64,000 nucleotides of DNA from Terriglobia bacterium (GTDB taxonomy: Bacteria; Acidobacteriota; Terriglobia; JAJPHL01; JAPKYU01): positions 320,001-384,000 of the forward strand of contig CBDBKE010000004.1 of the NCBI GenBank assembly GCA_965206645.1. Reading direction: 5' to 3'. Made by a program: the position numbers and the translations under genes. Under the pieces are notes generated by a model. That model did no database searches. It was not told the DNA's origin and saw only the letters and a list, made by a program, of their open reading frames with translations. Shown here in pieces: positions 61,589-64,000 of this stretch (the stretch's first letter is position 1; each line of letters opens with the position of its first letter).

Positions 61589-63277
61589 TTACTTGAATTT
61601 GGCTTTAGGCTGCATCTGGCCGGAGTGCAACCGTCCGACGTAGTCGTGGTAGTTGGCCATCGTCTGACGGCTGAAAATCAGGATGATCGGAATGTTGGCG
61701 AAGAGCATGACTCCGGTTCCCAGTGCGGTCACCGCATCCAGCTCCGCGTCGGTCGTGATGAACCCGGAAGTAGCCACGAGAATGAGCAGGCAGTAGACGA
61801 CTTTGTAAGGCCGAACCCACTTTGCGCCCAGCAAGAAAACGATGCCCTGCTCTCCATAATAGCTCCACGAGATCATTGTGGAGATCGCGAAGAGCCACGA
61901 AGCGAGTGTCACGAGCCATCGGCCGAGACCCGGCCGCACGCGATCAAAGGCATGGCTCGTCAGACTGGCTCCGGCGTAAACGATGTAGACGCCGCCCGTG
62001 TGGATGGTAGGGGCCCGGTTGCCGGTGTAGGTGTTCCAGGCAACGCTGTACTCTCCGTTGGATTCCTGTACCACTCCGAGGAGCTCGACCAGCGAGGCTC
62101 CGGTCTGTTCATTTACGACGCCGGTGTCGAAGACCGTAAAAACGTCCTGTCCCGCCTGCCAGAGTGGGTTCGGCGGCAGTCGTCCCGACTCAAGAGTCCA
62201 CTGACCGGGCTCTGCCTCAACAACCACTGGAGTGTCCAACATTGCATCGGGTGGCCGGTTCCAGGCTCCGCTGGACAGGATGACGAGCGCGGTGAGCGTG
62301 CAGACGATAATTGTATCGATGAACGGTTCCAAGCCGGCAACGATTCCCTCACGCACGGGTTCGCCGGTTCGCACCGCGGAATGCGCGATAGGCGCGGAGC
62401 CCTGCCCTGCCTCGTTCGAGAATAAGGCTCGCTTCATACCCCAAAGAAAGGCATAGCCCAATGTGCCTCCGAGGAATGCCCCTTGGGCTTCGACGGGGTT
62501 GAAGGCTGATGTGAAGATCAACCGAATCAGATCGGGGATGCTCGCAAAGTTAACGATCAGAACGTAAGCGCTCGCCACCAGATAAAGTCCACACATGAAC
62601 GGTACGAGTCTAGCGGCGACCGTGCCGATCCGCTTGATCCCGCCGATGATCACGAGCGCCGTGATAACGGCCAGAACGCCGCCCGTGAGCCGCTCGGGAA
62701 CGCCAAAATTCAGTTCCGTGACGTTGCCCGCGTTCCAGGCCTGGAACATGTTGCCGCCCGTGACGGCCGAAATGAGTAACGTGACACAGAAGACATATCC
62801 AATCCCGCGCCCGAGGCCCGCAAGCGCAGGGTGCAACGCTGCCAGTCCACGGCTGGCGACATACATCGGTCCACCGTGCGGGTTGTCTGGGTCGGTCGTG
62901 TTCCGGTAGAGCATGGACTGGGTGACTTCGGTCATCTTGATCGCCATCCCGACGATGCCCACGACCCACATCCAGAATATGGCTCCGGGGCCACCCAGGG
63001 AGATCGCCACAGCGACCCCGGCGATGTTACCGAGGCCGACCGTTGCGGAAAGGGCTGCAGAAAGAGCTTGGAAGTGGCTGATTGCGCCCGGCTCATTCTT
63101 ATCGTCGAAATCGCCGCGGATGACGGCCACACCGTGTGTGAGCGCAACGAAGGGCCCGAACTTGGTCCAAACTAGTAGGAGAGTGCCGACGCCGAGGATG
63201 ACGTAGAGGACTACGTCGTGCCAAAGGATGCTGTTGACCGGTGAGAGTATGGCGTCGAACGTGTCGAACGTCTGCAT
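61589..63277 (-). CDS. Alanine/glycine:cation symporter (AGCS)
   Basis: FQAL..ALSATVGLGNIAGVA, GGPGA.FWMW, FSNEAG.GS, EPFIDT..VCT.T, FA.ST...WSYYG. Confidence 0.93.
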   Translation of the reverse strand: MQTFDTFDAILSPVNSILWHDVVLYVILGVGTLLLVWTKFGPFVALTHGVAVIRGDFDDKNEPGAISHFQALSAALSATVGLGNIAGVAVAISLGGPGAIFWMWVVGIVGMAIKMTEVTQSMLYRNTTDPDNPHGGPMYVASRGLAALHPALAGLGRGIGYVFCVTLLISAVTGGNMFQAWNAGNVTELNFGVPERLTGGVLAVITALVIIGGIKRIGTVAARLVPFMCGLYLVASAYVLIVNFASIPDLIRLIFTSAFNPVEAQGAFLGGTLGYAFLWGMKRALFSNEAGQGSAPIAHSAVRTGEPVREGIVAGLEPFIDTIIVCTLTALVILSSGAWNRPPDAMLDTPVVVEAEPGQWTLESGRLPPNPLWQAGQDVFTVFDTGVVNEQTGASLVELLGVVQESNGEYSVAWNTYTGNRAPTIHTGGVYIVYAGASLTSHAFDRVRPGLGRWLVTLASWLFAISTMISWSYYGEQGIVFLLGAKWVRPYKVVYCLLILVATSGFITTDAELDAVTALGTGVMLFANIPIILIFSRQTMANYHDYVGRLHSGQMQPKAKFK

Positions 63278-63459
63278 TCGGGTATCCCCAATTAAAACAG
63301 ATTCGATCGTTTTCGGCTCAAAACAAAAGAAGTCCCCGTCCGGATCTTTCTCCGCTGCCTCACGCTAGCAGCCATCTTGACGGACCAGTCAGCGTGTCTA
63401 CATATTCGATTACATGTGGGAGGCCAACACTTGACGGCCGGCATGGCCCTCCTGGCCGC

Positions 63460-64000
63460 TCACATCACTTCGGGGATTTCAATGCCCAGCAGATCCAGGG
63501 TACGCTCGAGTTGGCTGCGGACGAAGCCGGCCAGCCACAACAGGAATAGCTTCTTTTGGGGGTCGGGTTCGCGGAGGATTGGGTGGCGATGGTAGAAGTT
63601 GTTGAAGCTTTGCGCCAGCAGGAAAGCGAACTTGGCGATCACCGCAGGCTCGCTGGCGCTCAGCGCCTGCTCGGCCACCGCGTCGGTCTGTGAAGCCAGC
63701 AGCGCCAGTTGCCAATATTCCTGGCCCGCCGGTGAACTCAAGGCCGCTACCAGCGTGTCGGCAGAGAGGTGCCTGAAGTCGGGCGGCTCCCCCAACTTGC
63801 GGAAGATGCTGGCGGCGCGCACCGCTGCGTACTGCACGTAGGGTCCGGTTTCCCCCTCGAAGCTGAGTGCTTCGGCGAAGTCGAAGGCAATGACCGATGC
63901 CCGCGTGTACTTCAGCAGGAAGTAGCGCAGCGCGCCGATGGCGATCTGCCGCGCCACCTGCTGTTGGAAGTCAGCCGGCGCCTCGGGATGGCGCGAGCGC
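63460..64000 (-). CDS. argS: Arginyl-tRNA synthetase, C-terminal part (truncated by window edge)
   Basis: FEGETGPYVQYA..RA.SI, F..FY....IL, LDLLGIE.PE.M. Confidence 0.93.
   Translation of the reverse strand, partial: RSRHPEAPADFQQQVARQIAIGALRYFLLKYTRASVIAFDFAEALSFEGETGPYVQYAAVRAASIFRKLGEPPDFRHLSADTLVAALSSPAGQEYWQLALLASQTDAVAEQALSASEPAVIAKFAFLLAQSFNNFYHRHPILREPDPQKKLFLLWLAGFVRSQLERTLDLLGIEIPEVM

Noticed and set aside
63278-63459. Glycine riboswitch upstream of the AGCS symporter
   Set aside because: Conserved aptamer motifs are not visible

Overview
GC-rich bacterial chromosome segment, very likely from an Acidobacteriota genome (three Acidobacterial-type VWA genes, an SBBP/TIGR03437-type surface protein, hrcA-grpE-dnaJ without dnaK). 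Core genes include tenA/tenA/thiD, hrcA-grpE-dnaJ with a CIRCE operator, mutY, rpsO-pnp, mtnP-mce-meaB, ltaE-hemW-yjbQ and the 3' end of argS. Five IS elements are present (two IS1380, three IS3), all in or abutting secreted or surface-protein genes, and three of them sit in one CsgG/FlgO-like gene. Notable items: (1) a 612-bp, codon-registered inversion inside a pentapeptide-repeat membrane protein gene, open in both orientations; (2) a plsR-plsA/Ger-like two-gene module, a candidate for anaerobic ether-lipid synthesis, preceded by an 11-bp TTAACA direct repeat resembling a Pho/OmpR box; (3) a DUF151 nuclease with an apparent signal peptide; (4) many small gene lesions, pointing to genome decay or assembly error. 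No rRNA, tRNA or CRISPR array was seen. All family calls come from motif recognition by eye; no database searches were run.
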